The position numbers and the translations under genes are program-made. This document shows, one piece after another, positions 41,301-53,017 of a stretch of 64,000 bases of DNA; positions within the stretch are counted from its first letter, which is position 1, and each line of letters begins with the position of its first letter. The stretch lies in assembly GCA_964016885.1 (NCBI GenBank), contig OZ024744.1, positions 8,308,001 to 8,372,000 of the forward strand. Direction: 5' to 3'. The notes below the pieces were generated by a model. The model worked only from the letters and a program-made list of their open reading frames with translations, had not been told where the DNA came from and ran no database searches. This stretch comes from Eledone cirrhosa (Eukaryota).

Positions 41301-44300
41301 TAGACGTTGGTGCCGCTGTTGTTGTTGTTGTTGTAGACATTGGTGCCGCTGTTGTTGCTGTTGTTGTAGACATTGGTGCCGGTGTTGTTGTTGTTGTAGA
41401 CATTGGTGCAGCTGTTGTTGTTGTTGTAGACATTGGTGCCGCTGTTGTTGTTGTTGTAGACGTTGGTGCCGCTGTTGTTGTTGTTGTAGACATTGGTGCC
41501 GCTGTTGTTGTTGTTGTTGTTGTAGACATTGGTGCCGCTGTTGTTGTTGTTGTAGACATTGGTGCCGCTATTGTTGTTGTTGTTGTAGACATTGGTGCCG
41601 CTGTTGTTGTTGTTGTAGACATTGGTGCCGCTGTTGTTGTTGTTGTTGTAGACATTGGTGCCGCTGTTGTTGTTGTTGTTGTAGACATTGGTGCCGGTGT
41701 TGTTGTTGTTGTTGTAGACATTGGTGCCGCTGTTGTTGTTGTTGTAGACATTGGTGCCGGTGTTGTTGTTGTTGTAGACATTGGTGCCGCTGTTGTTGTT
41801 GTTGTTGTAGACATTGGTGCCGCTGTTGTTGTTGTTGTTGTAGACATTGGTGCCGCTGTTGTTGTTGTAGACACTGGTGCCGCTGTTGTTGCTGTTGTTG
41901 TAGACATTGGTGCCGCTGTTGTTGTTGTTGTAGACATTGGTGCCGCTGTTGTTGTTGTAGACATTGGTGCCGTTGTTGTTGTTGTTGTTGTAGACATTGG
42001 TGCCGCTGTTGTTGTTGTTGTTGTAGACATTGGTGCCGCTGTTGTTGTTGTTGTAGACATTGGTGCCGCTGTTGTTGTTGTTGTAGACATTGGTGCCGGT
42101 GTTGTTGTTGTTGTAGACATTGGTGCCGCTGTTGTTGTTGTAGACATTGGTGCCGCTGTTGTTGTTGTTGTAGAAATTGGTGCCGGTGTTGTTGTTGTTG
42201 TTGTAGACATTGGTGCCGCTGTTGTTGTTGTTGTAGACGTTGGTGCCGCTGTTGTTGTTGTTGTTGTAGACATTGGTGCCGCTGTTGTTGCTGTTGTTGT
42301 AGACATTGGTGCCGGTGTTGTTGTTGTTGTAGACATTGGTGCCGCTGTTGTTGTTGTTGTAGACATTGGTGCCGGTGTTGTTGTTGTTGTAGACATTGGT
42401 GCCGCTGATGTTGTTGTTGTAGACATTGGTGCCGGTGTTGTTGTTGTTGTTGTAGACATTGGTGCCGCTGATGTTGTTGTTGTAGACATTGGTGCCGGTG
42501 TTGTTGTTGTTGTAGACATTGGTGCCGCTGTTGTTGTTGTTGTAGACATTGGTGCCGCTGTTGTTGTTGTTGTAGATATTGGTGCCGGTGTTGTTGTTGT
42601 TGTAGACATTGGTGCCGCTGATGTTGTTGTTGTAGACATTGGTGCCGGTGTTGTTGTTGTTGTAGACATTGGTGCCGCTGTTGTTGTTGTTGTAGACATT
42701 GGTGCCGCTGTTGTTGTTGTTGTAGATATTGGTGCCGGTGTTGTTGTTGTTGTAGACATTGGTGCCGCTGTTGTTGTTGTTGTAGACATTGGTGCCGCTG
42801 ATGTTGTTGTTGTAGACATTGGTGCCGGTGTTGTTGTTGTTGTAGACATTGGTGCCGCTGTTGTTGTTGTTGTAGACATTGGTGCCGCTGATGTTGTTGT
42901 TGTAGACATTGGTGCCGCTGATGTTGTTGTTGTAGACATTGGTGCCGCTGTTGTTGTTGTTGTAGACATTGGTGCCGGTGTTGTTGTTGTAGACATTGGT
43001 GCCGCTGATGTTGTTGTTGTAGACATTGGTGCCGGTGTTGTTGTTGTTGTAGACATTGGTGCCTGTGTTGTTGTTGTTGTAGACATTGGTGCCGCTGTTG
43101 TTGTTGTTGTAGACATTGGTGCCGCTGTTGTTGTTGTTGTAGACATTGGTGCCACTGTTGTTGTTGTTGTAGACATTGGTGCCGCTGTTGTTGTTGTTGT
43201 TGTAGACATTGGTGCCTGTGTTGTTGTTGTTGTAGACATTGGTGCCGCTGTTGTTGTTGTTGTAGACGTTGGTGCCGCTGTTGTTGTTGTTGTTGTAGAC
43301 ATTGGTGCCGCTGTTGTTGCTGTTGTTGTAGACATTGGTGCCGGTGTTGTTGTTGTTGTAGACATTGGTGCAGCTGTTGTTGTTGTTGTAGACATTGGTG
43401 CCGCTGTTGTTGTTGTTGTAGACGTTGGTGCCGCTGTTGTTGTTGTTGTAGACATTGGTGCCGCTGTTGTTGTTGTTGTTGTTGTAGACATTGGTGCCGC
43501 TGTTGTTGTTGTTGTAGACATTGGTGCCGCTATTGTTGTTGTTGTTGTAGACATTGGTGCCGCTGTTGTTGTTGTTGTAGACATTGGTGCCGCTGTTGTT
43601 GTTGTTGTTGTAGACATTGGTGCCGCTGTTGTTGTTGTTGTTGTAGACATTGGTGCCGGTGTTGTTGTTGTTGTTGTAGACATTGGTGCCGCTGTTGTTG
43701 TTGTTGTAGACATTGGTGCCGGTGTTGTTGTTGTTGTAGACATTGGTGCCGCTGTTGTTGTTGTTGTTGTAGACATTGGTGCCGCTGTTGTTGTTGTTGT
43801 TGTAGACATTGGTGCCTGTGTTGTTGTTGTTGTAGACATTGGTGCCTGTGTTGTTGTTGTTGTAGACATTGGTGCCGCTGTTGTTGTTGTTGTAGACATT
43901 GGTGCCGCTGTTGTTGTTGTTGTAGACATTGGTGCCGGTGTTGTTGTTGTTGTAGACATTGGTGCCGCTGTTGTTGTTGTTGTAGACATTGGTGCCGGTT
44001 TTGTTGTTGTTGTAGACATTGGTGCCGCTGTTGTTGTTGTTGTAGACATTGGTGCCCGTGTTGTTGTTGTAGACATTGGTGCCGCTGTTGTTGTTGTTGT
44101 TGTAGACATTAGTGCCGCTGTTGTTGTTGTTGTAGACATTGGTGCCGGTGTTGTTGTTGTAGACATTGGTGCCGCTGTTGTTGTTGTTGTAGACATTGGT
44201 GCCGCTGTTGTTGTTGTTGTAGACATTGGTGCCGCTGTTGTTGTTGTTGTAGACATTGGTGCCGGTGTTGTTGTTGTTGTAGACATTGGTGCCGCTGTTG

Positions 44301-47300
44301 TTGTTGTTGTAGACATTGGTGCCGCTGTTGTTGTTGTTGTTGTAGACATTGGTGCCGGTGTTGTTGTTGTTGTAGACATTGGTGCCGCTGTTGTTGTTGT
44401 TGTAGACATTGGTGCCGCTGTTGTTGTTGTTGTAGACATTGGTGCCGCTGTTGTTGTTGTTGTAGACATTGGTGCCGCTGTTGTTGTTGTTGTAGACATT
44501 GGTGCCGCTGTTGTTGTTGTTGTTGTAGACATTGGTGCCGGTGTTGTTGTTGTTGTAGACATTGGTGCCGCTGTTGTTGTTGTAGACACTGGTGCCGCTG
44601 TTGTTGCTGTTGTTGTAGACATTGGTGCCGCTGTTGTTGTTGTTGTAGACATTGGTGCCGCTGTTGTTGTTGTAGACATTGGTGCCGTTGTTGTTGTTGT
44701 TGTTGTAGACATTGGTGCCGCTGTTGTTGTTGTTGTTGTAGACATTGGTGCCGCTGTTGTTGTTGTTGTAGACATTGGTGCCGCTGTTGTTGTTGTTGTA
44801 GACATTGGTGCCGGTGTTGTTGTTGTTGTAGACATTGGTGCCGCTGTTGTTGTTGTTGTAGACATTGGTGCCGCTGTTGTTGTTGTTGTAGAAATTGGTG
44901 CCGGTGTTGTTGTTGTTGTTGTAGACATTGGTGCCGCTGTTGTTGTTGTTGTAGACGTTGGTGCCGCTGTTGTTGTTGTTGTTGTAGACATTGGTGCCGC
45001 TGTTGTTGCTGTTGTTGTAGACATTGGTGCCGGTGTTGTTGTTGTTGTAGACATTGGTGCCGCTGTTGTTGTTGTTGTAGACATTGGTGCCGCTGTTGTT
45101 GTTGTTGTAGACGTTGGTGCCGCTGTTGTTGTTGTTGTAGACATTGGTGCCGCTGTTGTTGTTGTTGTTGTAGACATTGGTGCCGCTGTTGTTGTTGTTG
45201 TTGTAGACATTGGTGCCGCTGTTGTTGTTGTTGTTGTAGACATTGGTGCCGCTGTTGTTGTTGTTGTTGTAGACATTGGTGCCGCTGTTGTTGTTGTTGT
45301 AGACATTGGTGCCGGTGTTGTTGTTGTTGTTGTAGACATTGGTGCCGCTGTTGTTGTTGTTGTTGTTGTTGTAGACATTGGTGCCGCTGTTGTTGTTGTT
45401 GTTGTAGACATTGGTGCCGCTGTTGTTGTTGTTGTAGACATTGGTGCCGCTGTTGTTGTTGTTGTTGTAGACATTGGTGCCGCTGTTATTGTTGTTGTAG
45501 ACATTGGTGCCGGTGTTGTTGTTGTTGTTGTAGACATTGGTGCCGCTGTTGTTGTTGTTGTAGACATTGGTGCCGCTGTTGTTGTTGTTGTTGTAGACAT
45601 TGGTGCCGCTGTTGTTGTTGTTGTTGTAGACATTGGTGCCGCTGTTGTTGTTGTTGTTGTTGTTGTAGACATTGGTGCCGCTGTTGTTGTTGTTGTTGTA
45701 GACATTGGTGCCGCTGTTGTTGTTGTTGTTGTAGACATTGGTGCCGCTGTTGTTGTTGTTGTAGACATTGGTGCCGCTGTTGTTGCTGTTGTTGTAGACA
45801 TTGGTGCCGCTGTTGTTGTTGTTGTAGACATTGGTGCCGTTGTTGTTGTTGTTGTTGTAGACACTGGTGCCGCTGTTGTTGTTGTTGTAGACATTGGTGC
45901 CGCTGTTGTTGTTGTTGTTGTAGACATTGGTGCCGGTGTTGTTGTTGTTGTTGTAGACATTGGTGCCGCTGTTGTTGTTGTTGTTGTAGACATTGGTGCC
46001 GCTGTTGTTGTTGTTGTTGTAGACATTGGTGCCGCTGTTGTTGTTGTTGTAGACATTGGTGCCGCTGTTGTTGTTGTTGTTGTAGACATTGGTGCCGCTG
46101 TTGTTGTTGTTGTAGACATTGGTGCCGGTGTTGTTGTTGTTGTAGACATTGGTGCCGGTGTTGTTGTTGTTGTTGTTGTAGACATTGGTGCCGCTGTTGT
46201 TGTTGTTGTAGACATTGGTGCCGGTGTTGTTGTTGTTGTTGTTGTTGTAGACATTGGTGCCGGTGTTGTTGTTGTTGTAGACATTGGTGCCGCTGTTGTT
46301 GTTGTTGTTGTAGATATTGGTGCCGGAGTTGTTGTTGTTGTTGTAGACATTCGTGCCGCTGTTGTTGTTGTTGTAGACATTGGTGCCGCTGTTGTTGTTG
46401 TTGTAGACATTGGTGCCACTGTTGTTGTTGTTGTAGACATTGGTGCCGCTGTTGTTGTTGTTGTAGACATTGGTGCCGGTGATGTTGTTGTAGACATTGG
46501 TGCCGCTGTTGTTGTTGTTGTAGACATTGGTGCCGCTGTTGTTGTTGTTGTAGATATTGGTGCCGGTGTTGTTGTTGTTGTAGACATTGGTGCCGCTGAT
46601 GTTGTTGTTGTAGACATTGGTGCCGGTGTTGTTGTTGTTGTAGACATTGGTGCCTGTGTTGTTGTTGTTGTAGACATTGGTGCCTGTGTTGTTGTTGTTG
46701 TAGACATTGGTGCCGCTGTTGTTGTTGTTGTAGACATTGGTGCCGCTGTTGTTGTTGTTGTAGACATTGGTGCCGGTGTTGTTGTTGTTGTAGACATTGG
46801 TGCCGCTGTTGTTGTTGTTGTTGTAGACATTGGTGCCGCTGTTGTTGTTGTTGTAGACATTGGTGCCGCTGTTGTTGTTGTTGTTGTAGACATTGGTGCC
46901 TGTGTTGTTGTTGTTGTAGACATTGGTGCCTGTGTTGTTGTTGTTGTAGACATTGGTGCCGCTGTTGTTGTTGTTGTAGACATTGGTGCCGCTGTTGTTG
47001 TTGTTGTTGTAGACATTGGTGCCGCTGTTGTTGTTGTTGTAGACATTGGTGCCGGTGTTGTTGTTGTTGTAGACATTGGTGCCGCTGTTGTTGTTGTTGT
47101 AGACATTGGTGCCCGTGTTGTTGTTGTAGACATTGGTGCCGCTGTTGTTGTTGTTGTAGACATTGGTACCGCTGTTGTTGTTGTTGTTGTAGACATTAGT
47201 GCCGCTGTTGTTGTTGTTGTAGACATTGGTGCCGGTGTTGTTGTTGTAGACATTGGTGCCGCTGTTGTTGTTGTTGTAGACATTGGTGCCGCTGTTGTTG

Positions 47301-50300
47301 TTGTTGTAGACATTGGTGCCGCTGTTGTTGTTGTTGTAGACATTGGTGCCGCTGTTGTTGTTGTTGTTGTAGACATTGGTGCCGGTGTTGTTGTTGTTGT
47401 AGACATTGGTGCCGCTGTTGTTGTTGTTGTAGACATTGGTGCCGCTGTTGTTGTTGTTGTAGACATTGGTGCCGCTGTTGTTGTTGTTGTAGACATTGGT
47501 GCCGCTGTTGTTGTTGTTGTAGACATTGGTGCCGCTGTTGTTGTTGTTGTTGTAGACATTGGTGCCGGTGTTGTTGTTGTTGTAGACATTGGTGCCGCTG
47601 TTGTTGTTGTAGACACTGGTGCCGCTGTTGTTGCTGTTGTTGTAGACATTGGTGCCGCTGTTGTTGTTGTTGTAGACATTGGTGCCGGTGTTGTTGTTGT
47701 TGTTGTAGACATTGGTGCCGCTGTTGTTGTTGTTGTAGACATTGGTGCCGTTGCTGTTGTTGTTGTTGTAGACATTGGTGCCGCTGTTGTTGTTGTAGAC
47801 ATTGGTGCCGCTGTTGTTGTTGTTGTAGACATTGGTGCCGCTGTTGTTGTTGTTGTAGACATTGGTGCCGGTGTTGTTGTTGTTGTAGACATTGGTGCCG
47901 CTGTTGTTGTTGTTGTAGATATTGGTGCCGCTGTTGTTGTTGTTGTTGTAGACATTGGTGCCGCTGTTGTTGTTGTTGTTGTAGACATTGGTGCCGCTGT
48001 TGTTGTTGTTGTTGTAGACATTGGTGCCGCTGTTGTTGTTGTTGTAGACATTGGTGCCGGTGTTGTTGCTGTTGTAGACATTGGTGCCGCTGTTGTTGTT
48101 GTTGTAGACATTGGTGCCGCTGTTGTTGTTGTTGTAGACATTGGTGCCGCTGTTGTTGTTGTTGTAGACATTGGTGCCGCTGTTGTTGTTGTTGTAGACA
48201 TTGGTGCCGGTGTTGTTGTTGTTGTAGACATTGGTGCCGCTGTTGTTGTTGTTGTAGACATTGGTGCCGGTGTTGTTGCTGTTGTAGACATTGGTGCCGC
48301 TGTTGTTGTTGTTGTAGACATTGGTGCCGCTGTTGTTGTTGTTGTAGACATTGGTGCCGCTGTTGTTGTAGACATTGGTGCCGCTGTTGTTGTTGTTGTA
48401 GATATTGGTGCCGCTGTTGTTGTTGTTGTTGTAGACATTGGTGCCGCTGTTGTTGTTGTTGTTGTAGACATTGGTGCCGCTGTTGTTGTTGTTGTTGTAG
48501 ACATTGGTGCCGCTGTTGTTGTTGTTGTAGACATTGGTGCCGGTGTTGTTGCTGTTGTAGACATTGGTGCCGCTGTTGTTGTTGTTGTAGACATTGGTGC
48601 CGCTGTTGTTGTAGACATTGGTGCCGCTGTTGTTGTTGTTGTAGATATTGGTGCCGCTGTTGTTGTTGTTGTTGTAGACATTGGTGCCGCTGTTGTTGTT
48701 GTTGTTGTAGACATTGGTGCCGCTGTTGTTGTTGTTGTTGTAGACATTGGTGCCGCTGTTGTTGTTGTTGTAGACATTGGTGCCGCTGTTGTTGTTGTTG
48801 TTGTAGACATTGGTGCCGCTGTTGTTGTTGTTGTTGTAGACATTGGTGCCGCTGTTGTTGTTGTTGTAGACATTGGTGCCGCTGTTGTTGTTGTTGTAGA
48901 CATTGGTGCCGGTGTTGTTGTTGTTGTAGACATTGGTGCCGCTGTTGTTGTTGTTGTAGACATTGGTGCCGCTGTTGTTGTTGTTGTAGACATTGGTGCC
49001 GGTGTTGTTGTTGTTGTAGACATTGGTGCCGCTGTTGTTGTTGTTGTAGACATTGGTGCCGCTGTTGTTGTTGTTGTAGACATTGGTGCCGCTGTTGTTG
49101 TTGTTGTAGACATTGGTGCCGCTGTTGTTGTTGTTGTAGACATTGGTGCCGCTGTTGTTGTTGTTGTTGTTGTAGACATTGGTGCCGCTGTTGTTGTTGT
49201 AGACATTGGTGCCGCTGTTGTTGTTGTTGTAGACATTGGTGCCGCTGTTGTTGTTGTTGTTGTTGTAGACATTGGTGCCGCTGTTGTTGTTGTTGTTGTA
49301 GACATTGGTGCCGCTGTTGTTGTTGTAGACACTGGTGCCGCTGTTGTTGTTGTAGACGTTGGTGCCGCTGTTGTTGTTGTTGTAGACATTGGTGCCGCTG
49401 TTGTTGTTGTAGACACTGGTGCCGCTGTTGTTGTTGTAGACGTTGGTGCCGTTGTTGTTGTTGTAGACATTGGTGCCGCTGTTGTTGTTGTTGTTGTAGA
49501 CATTGGTGCCGCTGTTGTTGTTGTTGTAGACATTGGTGCCGCTGTTGTTGTTGTTGTTGTAGACATTGGTGCCGCTGTTGTTGTTGTTGTTGTAGACATT
49601 GGTGCCGCTGTTGTTGTTGTTGTTGTAGACATTGGTGCCGCTGTTGTTGTTGTTGTTGTAGACATTGGTGCCGCTGTTGTTGTTGTTGTTGTTGTTGTAG
49701 ACATTGGTGCCGCTGTTGTTGTTGTTGTTGTAGACATTGGTGCCGCTGTTGTTGTTGTTGTAGACATTGGTGCCGCTGTTGTTGTTGTTGTTGTTGTTGT
49801 AGACATTGGTGCCGCTGTTGTTGTTGTTGTTGTAGACATTGGTGCCGCTGTTGTTGTTGTTGTAGACTTTGGTGCCGCTGTTGTTGCTGTTGTTGTAGAC
49901 ATTGGTGCCGCTGTTGTTGTTGTAGACATTGGTGCCGGTGTTGTTGTTGTTGTTGTAGACACTGGTGCCGCTGTTGTTGTTGTTGTTGTAGACATTGGTG
50001 CCGCTGTTGTTGTTGTTGTAGACATTGGTGCCGGTGTTGTTGTTGTTGTAGACATTGGTGCCGGTGTTGTTGTTGTTGTTGTTGTTGTAGACATTGGTGC
50101 CGCTGTTGTTGTTGTTGTAGACATTGGTGCCGGTGTTGTTGTTGTTGTTGTTGTTGTAGACATTGGTGCCGGTGTTGTTGTTGTTGTTGTTGTTGTAGAC
50201 ATTGGTGCCGCTGTTGTTGTTGTTGTAGACATTGGTGCCGCTGTTGTTGTTGTTGTTGTAGATATTGGTGCCGGAGTTGTTGTTGTTGTTGTAGACATTC

Positions 50301-53017
50301 GTGCCGCTGTTGTTGTTGTTGTAGACATTGGTGCCGCTGTTGTTGTTGTTGTAGACATTGGTGCCACTGTTGTTGTTGTTGTAGACATTGGTGCCGCTGT
50401 TGTTGTTGTTGTAGACATTGGTGCCGGTGTTGTTGTTGTAGACATTGGTGCCGCTGTTGTTGTTGTTGTAGACATTGGTGCCGCTGTTGTTGTTGTTGTA
50501 GATATTGGTGCCGGTGTTGTTGTTGTTGTAGACATTGGTGCCGCTGATGTTGTTGTTGTAGACATTGGTGCCGGTGTTGTTGTTGTTGTAGACATTGGTG
50601 CCTGTGTTGTTGTTGTTGTAGACATTGGTGCCTGTGTTGTTGTTGTTGTAGACATTGGTGCCGCTGTTGTTGTTGTTGTAGACATTGGTGCCGCTGTTGT
50701 TGTTGTTGTAGACATTGGTGCCGGTGTTGTTGTTGTTGTAGACATTGGTGCCGCTGTTGTTGTTGTTGTTGTAGACATTGGTGCCGCTGTTGTTGTTGTT
50801 GTAGACATTGGTGCCGCTGTTGTTGTTGTTGTTGTAGACATTGGTGCCTGTGTTCTTGTTGTTGTAGACATTGGTGCCTGTGTTGTTGTTGTTGTAGACA
50901 TTGGTGCCGCTGTTGTTGTTGTTGTAGACATTGGTGCCGCTGTTGTTGTTGTTGTAGACATTGGTGCCGGTGTTGTTGTTGTTGTAGACATTGGTGCCGC
51001 TGTTGTTGTTGTTGTAGACATTGGTGCCGGTGTTGTTGTTGTTGTAGACATTGGTGCCGCTGTTGTTGTTGTTGTAGACATTGGTGCCCGTGTTGTTGTT
51101 GTAGACATTGGTGCCGCTGTTGTTGTTGTTGTAGACATTGGTACCGCTGTTGTTGTTGTTGTTGTAGACATTAGTGCCGCTGTTGTTGTTGTTGTAGACA
51201 TTGGTGCCGGTGTTGTTGTTGTAGACATTGGTGCCGCTGTTGTTGTTGTTGTAGACATTGGTGCCGCTGTTGTTGTTGTTGTAGACATTGGTGCCGCTGT
51301 TGTTGTTGTTGTAGACATTGGTGCCGCTGTTGTTGTTGTTGTTGTAGACATTGGTGCCGGTGTTGTTGTTGTTGTAGACATTGGTGCCGCTGTTGTTGTT
51401 GTTGTAGACATTGGTGCCGCTGTTGTTGTTGTTGTAGACATTGGTGCCGCTGTTGTTGTTGTTGTAGACATTGGTGCCGCTGTTGTTGTTGTTGTAGACA
51501 TTGGTGCCGCTGTTGTTGTTGTTGTTGTAGACATTGGTGCCGGTGTTGTTGTTGTTGTAGACATTGGTGCCGCTGTTGTTGTTGTAGACACTGGTGCCGC
51601 TGTTGTTGCTGTTGTTGTAGACATTGGTGCCGCTGTTGTTGTTGTTGTAGACTTTGGTGCCGGTGTTGTTGTTGTTGTTGTAGACATTGGTGCCGCTGTT
51701 GTTGTTGTTGTAGACATTGGTGCCGTTGCTGTTGTTGTTGTTGTAGACATTGGTGCCGCTGTTGTTGTTGTTGTTGTAGACATTGGTGCCGCTGTTGTTG
51801 TTGTTGTAGACATTGGTGCCGCTGTTGTTGTTGTTGTAGACATTGGTGCCGGTGTTGTTGTTGTTGTAGACATTGGTGCCGCTGTTGTTGTTGTTGTAGA
51901 TATTGGTGCCGCTGTTGTTGTTGTTGTTGTAGACATTGGTGCCGCTGTTGTTGTTGTTGTTGTAGACATTGGTGCCGCTGTTGTTGTTGTTGTTGTAGAC
52001 ATTGGTGCCGCTGTTGTTGTTGTTGTAGACATTGGTGCCGGTGTTGTTGCTGTTGTAGACATTGGTGCCGCTGTTGTTGTTGTTGTAGACATTGGTGCCG
52101 CTGTTGTTGTTGTTGTAGACATTGGTGCCGCTGTTGTTGTTGTTGTAGACATTGGTGCCGCTGTTGTTGTTGTTGTAGACATTGGTGCCGCTGTTGTTGT
52201 TGTTGTTGTAGACATTGGTGCCGCTGTTGTTGTTGTTGTTGTAGACATTGGTGCCGCTGTTGTTGTTGTTGTAGGCATTGGTGCCGCTGTTGTTGTTGTT
52301 GTAGACATTGGTGCCGCTGTTGTTGTTGTTGTAGACATTGGTGCCGGTGTTGTTGTTGTTGTAGACATTGGTGCCGCTGATGTTGTTGTTGTAGACATTG
52401 GTGCCGCTGTTGTTGTTGTTGTAGACATTGGTGCCGCTGTTGTTGTTGTTGTAGACATTGGTGCCGGTGTTGTTGTTGTTGTAGACATTGGTGCCGCTGT
52501 TGTTGTTGTTGTAGACATTGGTGCCGGTGTTGTTGCTGTTGTAGACATTGGTGCCGCTGTTGTTGTTGTTGTAGACATTGGTGTCGCTGTTGTTGTTGTT
52601 GTAGACATTGGTGCCGCTGTTGTTGCTGTTGTTGTAGACATTGGTGCCGCTGTTGTTGTTGTTGTAGATATTGGTGCCGCTGTTGTTGTTGTTGTTGTAG
52701 ACATTGGTGCCGCTGTTGTTGTTGTTGTTGTAGACATTGGTGCCGCTGTTGTTGTTGTTGTTGTAGACATTGGTGCCGCTGTTGTTGTTGTTGTAGACAT
52801 TGGTGCCGGTGTTGTTGCTGTTGTAGACATTGGTGCCGGTGTTGTTGTTGTTGTAGACATTGGTGCCGCTGTTGTTGTTGTTGTAGACATTGGTGCCGCT
52901 GTTGTTGTTGTTGTAGACATTGGTGCCGGTGTTGTTGTTGTTGTAGACATTGGTGCCGCTGTTGTTGTTGTTGTAGACATTGGTGCCGCTGTTGTTGTTG
53001 TTGTAGACATTGGTGCC
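14370..53017 (-). CDS. Putative giant mucin-like PTS domain (T5-6[A/P]APMS)n ending TTTTTPSNMCP*; 5' end lost in the gap; one 1-bp frameshift at ~29485
   Basis: Codons (ACA)n GCG/CCG GCA CCA ATG TCT are open from 14370-29484 and 29486-53017; Thr/Ser/Pro-rich composition as in mucins. Caveats: no start, signal peptide or flanking exon is visible, and none of these codons can reach a stop by a single substitution, so openness is not proof of coding. Confidence 0.45.
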
